Assembly (NCBI RefSeq): GCF_036321535.1
Contig: NC_087447.1
Location: forward strand, 48,114,001-48,178,000
Direction of reading: 5' to 3'
From: Camelus dromedarius
Lineage: Eukaryota
DNA length: 64,000 nt
The notes beneath the pieces are model-generated. The model saw nothing but the letters and a program-made list of their open reading frames with translations. It had not been told where the DNA came from and ran no database searches. A program made the translations under genes and the position numbers. Below, one piece after another: positions 41,016 through 53,344 of the stretch; positions within the stretch are counted from its first letter, which is position 1, and every line of letters starts with the position of its first letter.

Positions 41016-41839
41016 TACCACACTTCCCATGGAATTTCTTGTATAGCCGTCTAGAAATATTTTGTACATATTTCAACAAATGCGTACATACATGTACATA
41101 TATATTCATATATATGCAAATGCATCCACTTAAATCTAGAAACCTGAAATACTTTCCTAAATTCTCTCTTTCCCTTAAGAGTTATACTCAGTCCAGCAGC
41201 AAGTTAGTAAAATCTCCAAAATGCATTAAAAAATCCATCCGCTTATCATCTCTATTGCTACCTCCCCCTTCCAGGTCTTTTCCACCTCCTGCCTGGCATA
41301 GTTACTAACTAGTCTTCTTGCTCCACTTTTGTCCCACTTGAAGATTCTTCACCTAGCAGGTAGAGTGAGCTTTTAAAAACATAAATCATATCATGTTATT
41401 TATTTGTCAAAAATTCCCTAAGGGTTTCTGTCGCACTCAGTGTATTTCTTGTATTTCTCCTCTCTCCTCTTTCTAGAATGTAAATTTTTTTTTCATTAAT
41501 GGATTCTCTGGACATAGCACACTGTCTGGTCCAATACAGGGGCTCAACAAGTACTTATGGACCAAACAAAGATGATTAAAGAGGACATGGATGTGACAAT
41601 AAACTCTGTGAAATAATTGAGGGAAGCCTTCACTATGGGAGACTGGAGGAAACTCATGGCTCAGTCTGGGGGTTCAGGGAGGGCTTCCTGGGGTGGTGGC
41701 CTCTGAGCTGTGTTCAGAGCCCATCTGAGTATGCTGTTCCATGAGCAACTGGGATGCCAAACAGCCCAGGAGACCAGGGTCACTTTAACAACTGGGAGCA
41801 GCTGCCGTAGTACTTGTGTGCAGCAACTCTAGAAGAGGA

Positions 41840-42320
41840 TATTTTAATGAGTCCATGGACCCATATAATTTATGAAGTCTGTGAACTTAAATGGGAAAAA
41901 AATACATATTTATATTCATTAACCCTTAATTAAATTTATCATTTCCTTCAATTATGAATGTAGGCAACCAACCACAGTAGCATTAGAGGTAACTGTGACT
42001 ATGTCATTAACAGAAATCACGGGTATTTTATGTTACATTAGAGTCGTTCCAGATGTCTTTAACATTCATACTCATCACTCACTCAAACTTAGGAGTTATT
42101 AGATCTGCGTCTAGATTTTGTTGTTAAATGTGTTAATAAAGAAGCACATAGTTTACTGTATCTCAAATGCTTCCTTTATATCTTGATAACTAAATTTCAA
42201 TAATATTGGGTTCCTTTTTAATCCTAGGTATTTTGGATACTTAAGAACATTATTCTGAGGAGGGGTCCAGAGGATTTCCCAGACAACAAGAGGTTTATAG
42301 CAGAGAAAAGAAGAATCCCT
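41840..42320 (-). mobile_element. hAT-Charlie element related to 30622-31117
   Basis: aagaacattattctgaggaggggtcc is the reverse-complement counterpart of the 30.68-30.72 kb segment. Confidence 0.65.
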
Positions 42321-42324
42321 ACCC

Positions 42325-42560
42325 TGGAGCCAGCCTGCTTGAGATCTATGACCAGATATGCCACTCACTGGTTGTGTGACCTCAGACAAGTTATTTAGCC
42401 CTTCTGTGCTTCAGTTTCTCTGCATGTAAAATGACATGACTTAACAGTTTTACCTCCAAGAGTTGTTGTAAGCATCAAGTGAGCTAATGTACGTACAGTG
42501 CTTAGAATAGAGCCTGGCATGTAGGAAGTACTATAAGTGTTTGCTATTATTGTTATTATT
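42325..42560. mobile_element. MIR SINE, representative of many MIR and L2 fragments across the window (e.g. ~3.0-3.45, 7.2-7.4, 8.8-9.1, 9.7-9.87, 10.9-11.16, 25.2-25.4, 52.6-52.75, 58.3-58.45 kb)
   Basis: tgtgtgacctcagacaagttatttagcccttctgtgcttcagtttc ... gtacagtgcttagaatagagcctggca. Confidence 0.8.
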
Positions 42561-42839
42561 ATTCTTAAAAGATATATCAATAGACCCCAAGCAAGGAGAA
42601 GATAGAAATCCAAGTGCTTTGGCAAGATACATGTCATCTCAGGGTTGTCCCATCACCCCTGATGGGTGGGGTGTGCTATGCCCCACGGAGCCCTGTAATC
42701 CTCCCAGTGTGGTCTCAGCCTACTAGGTGGCCCCTCAGGGTCTCCTGATGACCAGCCCACAGATCTAAAAATGGAAGATCTTACAATTGATTAGACTCAT
42801 TTTTACATAAAACAGAGGCTGATTATTAGCCATCTACTG

Positions 42840-45800
42840 CATATATTATTAAGTTAGCAAAAATTTATTAATCATAAGCAGAAATATACCTTACTAGGCA
42901 ATATTGATAACTCACAATCAGAACTTCACTAAAGAGCCCTGTTACTGCACATAACTGGCAGGATCCAGTTGGGGTACAAAAAAGGTGACATCTCTTTCTT
43001 AGCAGAATGTTTGTATATCTCTCTTGGTCCCCAAGTCCAGAATTATCCAAGAACTCTGGAGGTTTTTTCAAGTCCAAGAGGATGGTCCTGCTTCCAAAGT
43101 CCACTAAATCCAAGGTGCCCTTGACCATTGCTAACATGATACTCATGTTGAGTCAGATCCTTACTCAGGCCACAGGGACCTCCTGTTGGGTACTACTCTG
43201 AACCTGATGGGCGTGCTGAGTTCTTTGTGTTCCCTTCTCATGTACAGTCACTGTTCTCCAAACATATAAATATATTCCCTGCGGAGAGATGGGAGTGCAG
43301 AGTGCTAACTCTGACCATGAGCTGTGGCAGAACAGTGACCTGTGTTTCCAGCATGCCTCATGATGAGGGCCTCTGGGGCCTCTGGTGTCTTTTCTTGAAG
43401 GCTGAGCCCAGTGAGTACCATCTCAACCTACCAAGGAGGTTGTAAACATGTGACTTCACTGCTTCTGGGAGGATCCTTGGCTGGAATGCAAAGTTTTCTA
43501 CTTCCTCCCCAGGGACCAGATCAAGGTGGGTGAAGAGGAAAGATCTTTTTCAGGTTCAGAGTAACACAAGAATCCTGTGTAGCCCTTCAGCCATAACACA
43601 GGTATCTATTCACCATACATTTATCTAACCAAAGGAGCCACTGAGTGATTCCTCTCTGAATAAAGTTCTGCTCTCAGGAGCCTTGCTGTATAAACCAAGT
43701 ATAATGTTTGTTTTCCCAGCAGCCTTCCCTCCCCCCCTACACCTTCTTTCAGAAACAGAACTTGCCCTAGACGGGCACATGACAGAAACTGGGCCAATCA
43801 GAATCCTTCCCTGGGATGTTTTCCTCCTGGAGCTGGCAGATAGGAAAGAATGAAGCAGACACACAGAGGCCAGGGGCAGAGAGAGAGAGAACATACTTTT
43901 TGCTTATGCTAGTCCCAGCTTTCTGGATGTACAACTAGAAACCCTGCCTAATACAGACCATTTCTAATAGTTCCTCGTGATCAGGCACACTTATCTGTAA
44001 ATGGTTGGGATTTATGACATTTTCATGACAAGGGGATAAGTGTATGCTAGTGTTCATGTCAAATTATCCATACTCCTACTGTTAAAGCATAAAACTAAAA
44101 CATTGTCTAAAAATACTTGCTGTTGTCACCAGGTTTTCTTCCCACTTAGGATGGGTTGCTTGGGCAGGAGATGGGTTCTTAGGCCCATGATACAACAGTT
44201 TGCAAGCCACTGCCTTGGACGGTCCAGTCTTGGGGATAGTCTGTCTGAGGGCACCAGAGCCATGAGTCCTAACCTCTGCCACCTATCTGACCAGTGTTTT
44301 CGAAATGTCAACGGGAGGCCCAGATACAGATGCAACTTGGGGAAATCCAGCAAGACTGACTTACCTAGAAAATGGAAGGAAGCTGGTACTGACAGGATAC
44401 ACAGCACAGAGATCAGCAACAGGGACAGATGAGGGAGCTTCCGGAGCCCTTCCAAAGGGCCTCGCCAAGGAGATACAGCTGTGGATGACGAGCCTGAGTG
44501 AATGGGGGTCCTACCAGACCTTCCGGACTCTCTCCACTGCCTCTCCCTCCCTTCACAACTCCATCCCCAGAACTAACCCCATATAAGACACAGAGAAGCA
44601 TTCAGTAAAAACTTGCTAACCTGGGGGAGGGTATAGCTCAGTGGTAGAGTGCATGCTTAGCATGCATAAAGTCCTGAGTTCAATCCCCAGTACCTCCGCC
44701 AATAAATAAATAAATATACATATATATTAATTAAAAATACATAAAGAAACCTAATCACCCCCCCACAAAAAAAAGACAAAATTTAAAAAAAAATTGCCTA
44801 ATCTAATGAGTAAGTCAACAGTCCTCACTTAATTCCTAGACTGGCCACATGACTGAGAAGCAGCACACAAGCCCAAGGCTGGATAGCCACATCCATGAAG
44901 AATATAAGAGAGCACTCCCTTCTTGGGAAATTCACATTCATTCAACTTCACTTCCTGCTGGTGCAGGTTCAAGGACCCAAGAAGTGTTCTGAAGGTTGAG
45001 CAATTACAGGCCTTTTCAGGCTGGGTTTGGGGTTTCATTAATAGCACAGCTCCTTCAAAAATTTAGTAGACCTTTGGTCTGTTTGGTTTTAGTCAGTTCC
45101 ATTGTGAGTATCTACGGCCAAAGATCTTATCTAGACATGGTTTTCAAGCCTGAAGATTGTGATCTTCTACTTACTTGCCATTCTGCCAACCGGATGATGG
45201 CTGTCTTCAGGCCATCTGAAACAACTGGCTGGGGTGGGAGAGCACCATCTTTCTTTGCCAACAGGCAACAGCTTTTCTAAAGAGCGCACTAGTTTTAATT
45301 GCTCCTAAGGCTGCCATTTTGCAGTTACCACTCATAAGTGCTTCAGTGAGGAAGCAACTGGTTTTTTAAACTCTGCAAAACTCAAAATTACAGGATTCTC
45401 AATCAACCTAGATTACAGGTTATAGCAACGAGTTCTTCCCTTAGCAAAGTTGTGCAGAGCAGCCAGCTCTAGTTTGAGCTTCTCTTTCTCTCTAGTAGGA
45501 CTTTGCTAAAAGTAGCAAGAAGGAGCCAGAAAACACCAACATTCTAAATTTCCCTACCTTTCTACATTGCATTGCTACTACCTTCGTTAGACCATAATAT
45601 GCCTTCCAAAATGAGGTAGCTAGTGTCTGAAGATTGCCTCCAATGAAACACATCTCCCAGTACTCACAACCACTATCTTCCCTTTAAATCTGGTCTGGCG
45701 CTGTGACTCATGTTAAAGCCTTGAGAAGGTCTGACAGCTTTTACTTTTGCATACTTGGGGTCCAGCTGTCTTGTAAAGAAGCCCAAGCTAAGTCGCATGG

Positions 45801-46690
45801 AAAGAGAGGTCTCAGCCCTTCCAGCCATCCCACCAAGGTGCCACACTATGAGTGATGTCATCTTGGATATTCCATCCCCAGTCACCATCTGACTGAAACC
45901 TCATCAAAGACTCCTGTAAGACTGGCAGAAGAACCACCCAGTCAATCACAGTCAACCCACAGATTTGCAAGAGGTAATAAAATGCTTGTTGTTTTAACCG
46001 ATTAAGTCTGGTGGGGGGGATGGTTTCCTACAGAGTGATAGGTAACTAACACACAAATTTTTGATCAGATGTTCTACTACTATATAAAAAGAGTCACAAG
46101 CTTTCCAGTCTGCAATGCCTGAGTCCTTGGCATCTGCAACCCAACTGTACTCTATAATTAAGCATCTAAATTCTGTCAGTGCCTTCTTTCCAGGTACTAA
46201 ATTCAACATCAGTTAGAATTAGGTTTACCTGTGAGTGACAGACAAATTAATGATGGCTTAAACTAAATAAAAGTTTATTTCTGTCTCATATAAATGAAGT
46301 CCAGAGATAAATAATCTTGATTCTCTAGAGTTCAGGGACCAAGGCTCCTTCTCTCTTGTTCTGCCATCCTCAACACATGGCTTTTCTCTCATGGTCCAAG
46401 ATGGCTTCTCAAGCTCCAGCGACAATGGCTGCTTTTCAACCAACAGATGGTGAAAGAGACAAAGAAAGATATGTCTCTCCCTCTAAAGACATTTCCTGAA
46501 GTTGAAGAGGATGCTTCTGCCTATATCTCATTTGCCAAAACTTACTCACACAGCCACACTACGCTAGAAGATAGGTTGGAGATATGGTCTTAATTCCAAG
46601 TGGCTATGTGCCCAGATGTAAATCTAGAGTTCCTCTAAGGATGAGGAGAATGAATATTGGAGGTTAACTAACCATGTCTGCCACAGATTG
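42840..46690. mobile_element. Cluster of decayed ERVL/MaLR internal and LTR fragments; boundaries approximate
   Basis: LTR-like motifs at ~43.7-43.95, 45.62-46.05 and 46.21-46.69 kb with internal-like sequence between; recognised only loosely. Confidence 0.45.
44623..44792 (+). mobile_element. tRNA-Ala-derived camelid SINE
   Basis: gggggagggtatagctcagtggtagagtgcatgcttagcatgca head and AT-rich tail. Confidence 0.9.
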
Positions 46691-46934
46691 CTCTGATTAC
46701 ATGGCTTTCTAGTCAATTCTGATTTTTGGAGAGCATATCTCTTTATCTGTTTTTATTTTTCATACTTTTTTGGGTTAATTTCTTTTAAAAAAAGAAGATG
46801 AAATAAATTTGTTAGCATTCTAGCTGGAATTAAATTAAATGTATATAGTAACTTGGAGAATTGATGCTTTTATAAATTTATCTTTGTATCCAAGAACAGG
46901 GCATGTCTTTTCACTCAATCAAGTCTTGTTTTAT

Positions 46935-47265
46935 ACAGAAACAGACTCACAGATACGGAAAACAAACTTACAGTTACCAAAGGAGAAAGAAATGGGGGAG
47001 GAATAAATTAGGGGTTTGGGATAAGCAGATACAAACTACTATTTATAAGAGATAAAAAAACAAGGTCCTACAATGTTCTACTGTATAGCACTGTCCTACC
47101 ATATATTCAGTATAATAGCCTATAATGAAAAAAAAATGTATATACATACGCATGTATGACTGAATCACTATGCTGTACATCAGAAAGTAACACAACATTG
47201 TAAATCAACTATACTTCAATATAAATAATAAATAAATAGGTAGATAGATAGACAGATAAATAAAC
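46935..47265 (+). mobile_element. Older LINE-1 3' UTR fragment
   Basis: acagaaacagactcacaga ... acaacattgtaaatcaactatacttcaat; diverged relative of the 3' UTR at 12.75-13.04 kb. Confidence 0.85.
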
Positions 47266-47307
47266 ACATAGAAGTGTAGGCAATACAGCTTCTAGAAGTG
47301 CATCTTT

Positions 47308-48381
47308 TTTATTGTATTCCATTTTTTTAAACATTCTTTATTGATTTATAATAATTTTACAATGTTGTGTCAAATTCCAGTGTAGAGCCCAATTTTTCAA
47401 TTATACATGAACATATGTATATTCATTGTCACATTTTTTTCTCTGTGAGCTACCATAAGATCTTATGTATATTTCCCTCTACTATACAGTATAATCTTGT
47501 TTATCTATTCTACAATTTTGAAATCCCAGTCTATCCCTTCCCACCCCCTGCCCCCTTGGCAACCACAAGTTTGTATTCTATGTCTATGAGTCTGTTTCTG
47601 TTTTGTATTTATGTTTTGTTTGTTTGTTTCTTTTTGTTTTTTTTAGATTCCACATATGAGCGATCTCATATGGTATTTTTCTTTCTCTTTCTGGCTTACT
47701 TCACTTAGAATGACATTCTCCAGGAACATCCATGTTGCTGCAAATGGCGTTATGTTGTCAGTTTTTATGGCTGAATAGTATTCCATTGTATAAATATACC
47801 ACATCTTCTTTATCTGGTCATCTGTTGATGGACATTTAGGCTGTTTCCATGTCTTGGCTATTGTAAATAATGCTGCTATGAACATCGGGGTGCAGGTGTC
47901 TTTTTGAAGTAGGGTTCCTTCTGGATATATGCCCAGGAGTGGGATTCCTGGGTCATATGGTAAGTCTATTCCTAGTATTTTGAGGAATCTCCATACTGTT
48001 TTCCACAGTGGCTGCACCAAACTACATTCCCACCAGCAGTGTAGGAGGGTTCCCTTTTCAACACAGCCTCTCCAGCATTTGTCATTTGTGGATTTTTGAA
48101 TGATGGCCATTCTGGCTGGTGTGAGGTGATACCCCATTGTAGTTTTGATTTGCATTTCTCTGATAATTAGTGATATTGAGCATTTTTTCATGTGCCTAAT
48201 GATCATTTGTCTGTCTTCCTTGGAGAATTACTTGTTTAGGTCTTCTGCCCATTTTTGGATTGGGTTGTTTGTTTTTTTCTTATTAAGTCATATGAGCTTC
48301 TTTTACATTCTGGAGATCAAGCCTTTGTCGTTTTCATTTGCAAAAATTTTCTCCCATTCCGTAGGTTGTCTTTTTGTTTTA
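47308..48381 (-). mobile_element. 5'-truncated young LINE-1
   Basis: ORF 47643..48206 (187 aa, uninterrupted) is the L1 ORF2 C-terminus; T-rich tail; 27-bp flanking duplication. Confidence 0.97.
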
Positions 48382-48628
48382 CAATACAATACAGCTTCTA
48401 GAAGCGCAGCTTTATGCATCTGATGATCCAGATGGAGCATTTTTCTGAGAGCATTTGCAACTCCCCATCTCTGGGCATGGGATGCTGTTTCTTCTGAGAC
48501 AGGAGAGTCGCCATACCCTTCCCTTTAGACCCTCTCCTTGGCTGCCAGGATTTCCTCCTCCATTCCTAAGTCTGGTGTTTCCCACAGATTCAAATAGGGA
48601 GTTCACAGCAAGAAGACATCTTCCTCCC

Positions 48629-48995
48629 TGTATTAGTTAGGGTTCTCCAGAGCAACAGAACCAGTAGGCTATATACACACACATACAGAGACTTATCCCA
48701 AGGAACTGGCTTATGCGATTGTTGGGGCTGGTGGGGCTGGTGGGGCTGGCAAGTCTGGAACCTAGAGTGCAGCAGGCTGGTGACTCTCAGGCAGGGGCTG
48801 AGAACACAGTCCAGGGAAATCTGTTTTGCTCTTAAGGCCCTTCAAATAATTGGATAATTATCAAGGATAATTTCCTCTACTTAAAGTCAACTGATTTTAG
48901 AGGTTAACCACATCTACAAAGTACCTTCACAGCAACACCTAGATTAGTGTTTGATTGAAAAACAGGGTGCTATAGCCTAGACATAAAACACATAT
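48629..48995 (-). mobile_element. MLT2-like ERVL LTR
   Basis: tgtattagttagggttctccagag ... acttaaagtcaactgatt ... acctagattagtgtttga. Confidence 0.8.
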
Positions 48996-49251
48996 AACTA
49001 ACTGCTTCTGCTCTGGAAGCCTGGATGAACCCCTCAGAGACAGCTTTCCATCAAGAGGTTGTTCCCTCATGGGCTGGGTTTTTCTCTGGACACTTCCATC
49101 CAGGAAATGGAAGTATGTTAACTTCCTGTTGTTTGAGCCTCCACATAACACTTCTGCTCAAACTCCTGAAACACTGCAAGGACCTTAAACCATTTCATGT
49201 ATTTTCTCTTCAGATTTTTTAAATTATCTACATTTTTTAGTTAAAAAATTT

Positions 49252-49631
49252 TATGGTATTTTTCTTTCTCTTTCTGGCTTATGTCACTTAGAATGACAAT
49301 CTTCAGGTCCATCCATGTTGCTGCAAATGACATTATTTTATTTTTTTTTATGGCTGAGTATTCGTGTGTGTGTGTGTGTGAGTGTGTGTATCTCTCACAA
49401 CTTCTTTATCTAATCTTCTGTCGATGGACATTTAGGTTGTTTCCATGTCTTGGCTACTGTAAATAGTGCTGCATGAACATTGAAGTGCATGTATCTTTTT
49501 GAGTTAGAGTTCCCTCTGGATATATGCCCAGGATTGGGATTACTGGATCATGGGGTAAGCCTATTATTCATTTTTAAAGGAATCTCCATACTGTTTTCCA
49601 TAGTGGCTGCACCAAACTACATTCCCACCAA
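49252..49631 (-). mobile_element. LINE-1 ORF2 C-terminal fragment lacking the 3' UTR, with an internal (TG)n
   Basis: Colinear with ~47668-48034. Confidence 0.9.
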
Positions 49632-50899
49632 GGTCCTAATACATTTAGTTTTAGTTTAATACATTTCAGTCTCTCAAAGCCAGGACTGCTGGAATTGGGA
49701 TTCCTGCTACATTCTCAGCAATCCACACTCTTTCCACCCATCTGCACAACTGTGAAGATTAAAAACAATCTCAATTGTAATCATCATATCTTCAGGGGTC
49801 TATGAACTCCCAGGAATTATATGCAAGATGTGACGTGTGTGCATGTTTTCCTGGGCAGAGTCTACACTATTTATCAGCTTCTCAAAGAGGGTAATTGACC
49901 AACATTTTAGAAACTTATGCCAGGTCATGCTGCGCTTAGATTCTGCAGTGGCATCTGTGGTTTTAGTTTGCCAAGAATCTTTTCCCCTTTCCCCTTTTTC
50001 TTGTCATAGTGCACATTCTTTGGTGGGGGTGGGGGTGGGGGGTGGGAGACTTTCCCCTGAATTCCACATTGATGCTGGAAAATCTTCTGTTTTTCATCAG
50101 TTGCTAAATCCAGAGAATGTATCTGGGAGCGGTCTGTACTGTTCCCCACGCTATCCCTCTATGAAAGAGTCAAATAGCCCTTCACTGAGGGGAGCTGGAA
50201 AGAGCCACAGCACCCAGATTGCTGGAGGCCATCTACATCCTTCCTTCCCTACCTTCCTTCCGCCCTTCTGCAGTAGCAGTGGCAACTGTAGTCAGAAGGT
50301 AGGGATGGGACGTTCCAGACCAAAAGGTACAAGGGTGGAAAACAGCGTGGTTGGGAGAGCTGGTTCCTGGGGCTGCACGGAGGGGATGAGCTCAGTGGCT
50401 AATAGGATCAGCCCTGGTGAATCCCCCAGCAAGGCATGCACTGCACGAAGGGCCGAGGCACCAGGGTAGCTCGAGGTCAGGATTACAGAAACACAGGAAC
50501 GAAAGAGGAAAGCTTAAAGAGCCAGGCTGTGCATCCAGGACTGGGGTGATGGCACGGTCAAGCCCGGCTGGGGAAAGATTTAGCCCCGACGAGGGAGGAG
50601 GTCTGGCCCTACACCCCACCCTGGAATCTTAAGGACGCTAGGCTGAGGCCACCTCCGAACCACCGATGACTTGTTAACCAGTGAACTGAAGGTTAAAAGA
50701 GATCAGTTAGCGAGTTTGGGGAGGGGTCTGGAGAGAAAGGACGACTTTCTCTGGGATCTGTGTGCCCCCTCTTCTTGTCACCCTCTTCCGGTTTCCATTT
50801 GGTAGCACCTTCTTGATCCCCTTTTATCTCTAAGGCGCTTAGGGACATGCCCCTCTGCAGGAGCCTTCTGGGAAATGCTGCTCTGGCCGCCCAGGAATC

Positions 50900-50917
50900 A
50901 TGAGCCCTGCAGCTCCG
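50900..50917 (+). CDS. PLEKHB1: PLEKHB1 coding exon 1 (MSPAAP)
   Basis: ATG AGC CCT GCA GCT CCG followed by donor gtaagg at 50918; matches the recalled N-terminus of PLEKHB1; phase 0 joins exon 2. Confidence 0.92.
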
Positions 50918-51779
50918 GTAAGGAGGAGGTCCTCTGGGACAGGAGAAAGGGCCCAGGGCAGGGTGGGTACTGTTCTCAAATAGAGGGTGGGACCTGGAGT
51001 GTTTCAGGCCCTGACAGGCTCTGTCCTCTGACATCCTGAGTCTGCTGCTAGGTGGGGTTTGTGGGGCTGAGCTGTTCAAGGAAATGATCTTGGAGGGACA
51101 GACTGTGGTGGTAGATACAGAAACAGTCTTCCTTCTCCATTTGGGCCCCTTTCAATCCACTTTTGACTGTCCTAGAAATACCTTTCCAGCCCACAAATTG
51201 GACCACTTAATTCCTCACCTTGAAATCCCAACCCCAAGCTCCAGTCACAATGCCATAATGTCCAAGCTCCTGAGCCTGTCATCCAATGCCTACATGTTAT
51301 ATCCTTGCAACCCCCGCAGCTTCATCACCAGCTGCTCCCCATGCCCTCCTCACCCCCACCCCTACACTCTACTTTCCAAACACACTGAAATACTGAACAC
51401 TCATACTCATCCTACCAGACCCCTTTCTGCCTCCCCGGGGAAGCCTTCCTGAACCTCTTAGTCAAAGTCAGACTCTTCTTTCCCATATTCAAGTCACACC
51501 TTATGCTTCAACAGTGTGTTTGTGTTATCTCCTCCACCAGACTGGGAGCTGGGAAAAGAAGCTGATGCTTCTTTGTGCCCTCCACTAATGCCCAGTGCCA
51601 GGCACAAACAGATTATTAAGAAAACATGGCAAAACTAGGAACCTGGTTTTTCCTTGTAATTTACATTTTTATAGAGAATCAGAGTTCAAGATTTTGGGGG
51701 AAAATTATTTCATGATAAATGAATGAACAAATGACTTAGCAGCAAAATGAAATCACAGGTACAGCCTCTCACTTGTGAT

Positions 51780-52270
51780 CCGGGTCGTCACAGACCTACT
51801 ACCCAGGAGAGGCTGTGTACCGCCCGCAGACTACAAGTCCCAGAAGGCCTCCTGTCAGCACATCTCTACACGCCCCGCCTCCTCCCTGGGGGTGAGGCTG
51901 GGCCGGAGGGCGGAGCCCAGGGGCAGGGAGGCCCAGGGAGCAGCCAGGAGAGTGAAATGCCCCACGCTCTCTGGGGCTCACAAAGCGCAGGCGCAGCAGG
52001 TTGGGTGGCCGCAGCATCAAGTAGCGGCCGTTTTGGCAGCAGCATCGCAACAGGTGTAAGGTGGGTGCATCAAGGGGGGCTGGAGAGGGAGCTGGCATCT
52101 GGCTCTCTTGTCTGACCTGTGTCAGGACTTAAAAGATGGGAGGGAGCGGCAAGAGAAGCAGTGACAAGCCCGGGACTTCTAACCCAGGTGTGCCAGCCAG
52201 CGCTTGCTACGCAGCAATAGGTGTGAGCAAGTGGGGGAGGGGCGAAGGCACCTGCTCGAAAGTAAGTCGC
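51780..52270 (+). promoter_or_regulatory. PLEKHB1: Internal (intron 1) promoter and probable alternative non-coding first exon(s) of PLEKHB1
   Basis: Local CpG enrichment, GC boxes (ccccgcc ~51873, gggcgg ~51908), gactacaagtcccagaaggc at 51829; candidate donors at 52054, 52061 and 52262 (gtaagt). PLEKHB1 is known to use two promoters. Confidence 0.7.
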
Positions 52271-53268
52271 CTTCGAGAACAGAGGGCACCTGGATTCCAA
52301 TCCAAGCTCCATCATATACATGGACAAGTCACTTGCTATAGCTCAGTTTGTCCATCTGTAAAGTAGAGGTAAAGATCCTACCCATTTAGTAAGGTACCCA
52401 ACAGAGTTGCAGCAGGGCTCAAGCTTTGCTGCAGGTTGAGTCACCTGGGGATCTTTGAAGACTATGCTTTCCTCCTGTCCCTGACATTCTTATTTAATTG
52501 TTATGGGGTAGGACCTGGTTATTGGGAATTTTAAAAGCTCCCACTGGTGTAATGGTTGGAAGCCAGGACTTCTGGGTGTGAATCCTGGCCCCACTGTTTA
52601 CTGACCAAGCAGATCTGCGCAAGTGACTGGACCCCTCCAGGCCCCAGTTTCCTGGGAATAATAAGGATTGTTGTGAGGCTTCAGTGAGATAAGAAGCACT
52701 TGAGAAGTGGACCTGGCGCATAGTACTTGATCATCAATCATAGCTGCTGTTGAACTATTATTTTATACACTTTGTAAAAGGCTCAGGTGGAGTTCAAACA
52801 TGAGGGTTTTTTTTTAATATCATGAAAGTCTCTCATTCATTGCTATGATTCTAATATTCTCTGCTGCCAGCATTTCAAAATTCCAGGATTTCTAACATTT
52901 TAAGAGTTCCTCACTCCAGTCTCTACCTGCCTCATAACACACTTTGATGGATCTAGAAATAAAGGCCAGGGAGAAGGAACTTAGTCAAGGTTGTGAGGCT
53001 GAGATTGGAATCCAGGCTCCTGACCCCCACCTCAACACAGCGCAGCGGGTGGCAGCCCCCTGCTGACCCCACAAACACAGTGCTTCCATTATGTGCCTGG
53101 AGCAGAGAACGGGGAGGAGACAGGCAGGCTTGCCCTTGTTTGTTTACTTACACTCCTTTAAACGTTTCCTCAGTGGCTCCCTCAGGGAGGACGGGGTGGG
53201 GGCTTTTCTCCAGGGAGCTGCTGTGGAGCAGCTGATGAAGCCTGTGTGTCCTGTGGTCCCTCTGACAG

Positions 53269-53344
53269 GTTCCGCCTGACTCTGCCCTGGAAAGTCCTTT
53301 TGAGGAGATGGCCCTGGTGAGGGGCGGCTGGTTGTGGAGACAGA
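53269..53344 (+). CDS. PLEKHB1: PLEKHB1 coding exon 2 (VPPDSALESPFEEMALVRGGWLWRQ); internal ATG at 53308 is the start of the short isoform
   Basis: Acceptor tctgacag|, donor |gtgagt; 76 nt; encodes the start of the PH domain (beta-1 strand). Confidence 0.96.

Noticed and set aside
48018..48036. aactacattcccacca in L1 as a ZNF143 site
   Set aside because: The spacing between ACTACA and CCCA is one base shorter than in the promoter motifs, and it is ordinary L1 coding sequence.
47643..48206. 187-aa ORF as a host gene
   Set aside because: It is the L1 ORF2 C-terminus of a truncated copy with no promoter.
49837..50469. Longest ORF in the track (210 aa)
   Set aside because: GTG start, begins in repeat-like sequence, no recognisable domain or splice structure; lies in the PLEKHB1 upstream region.
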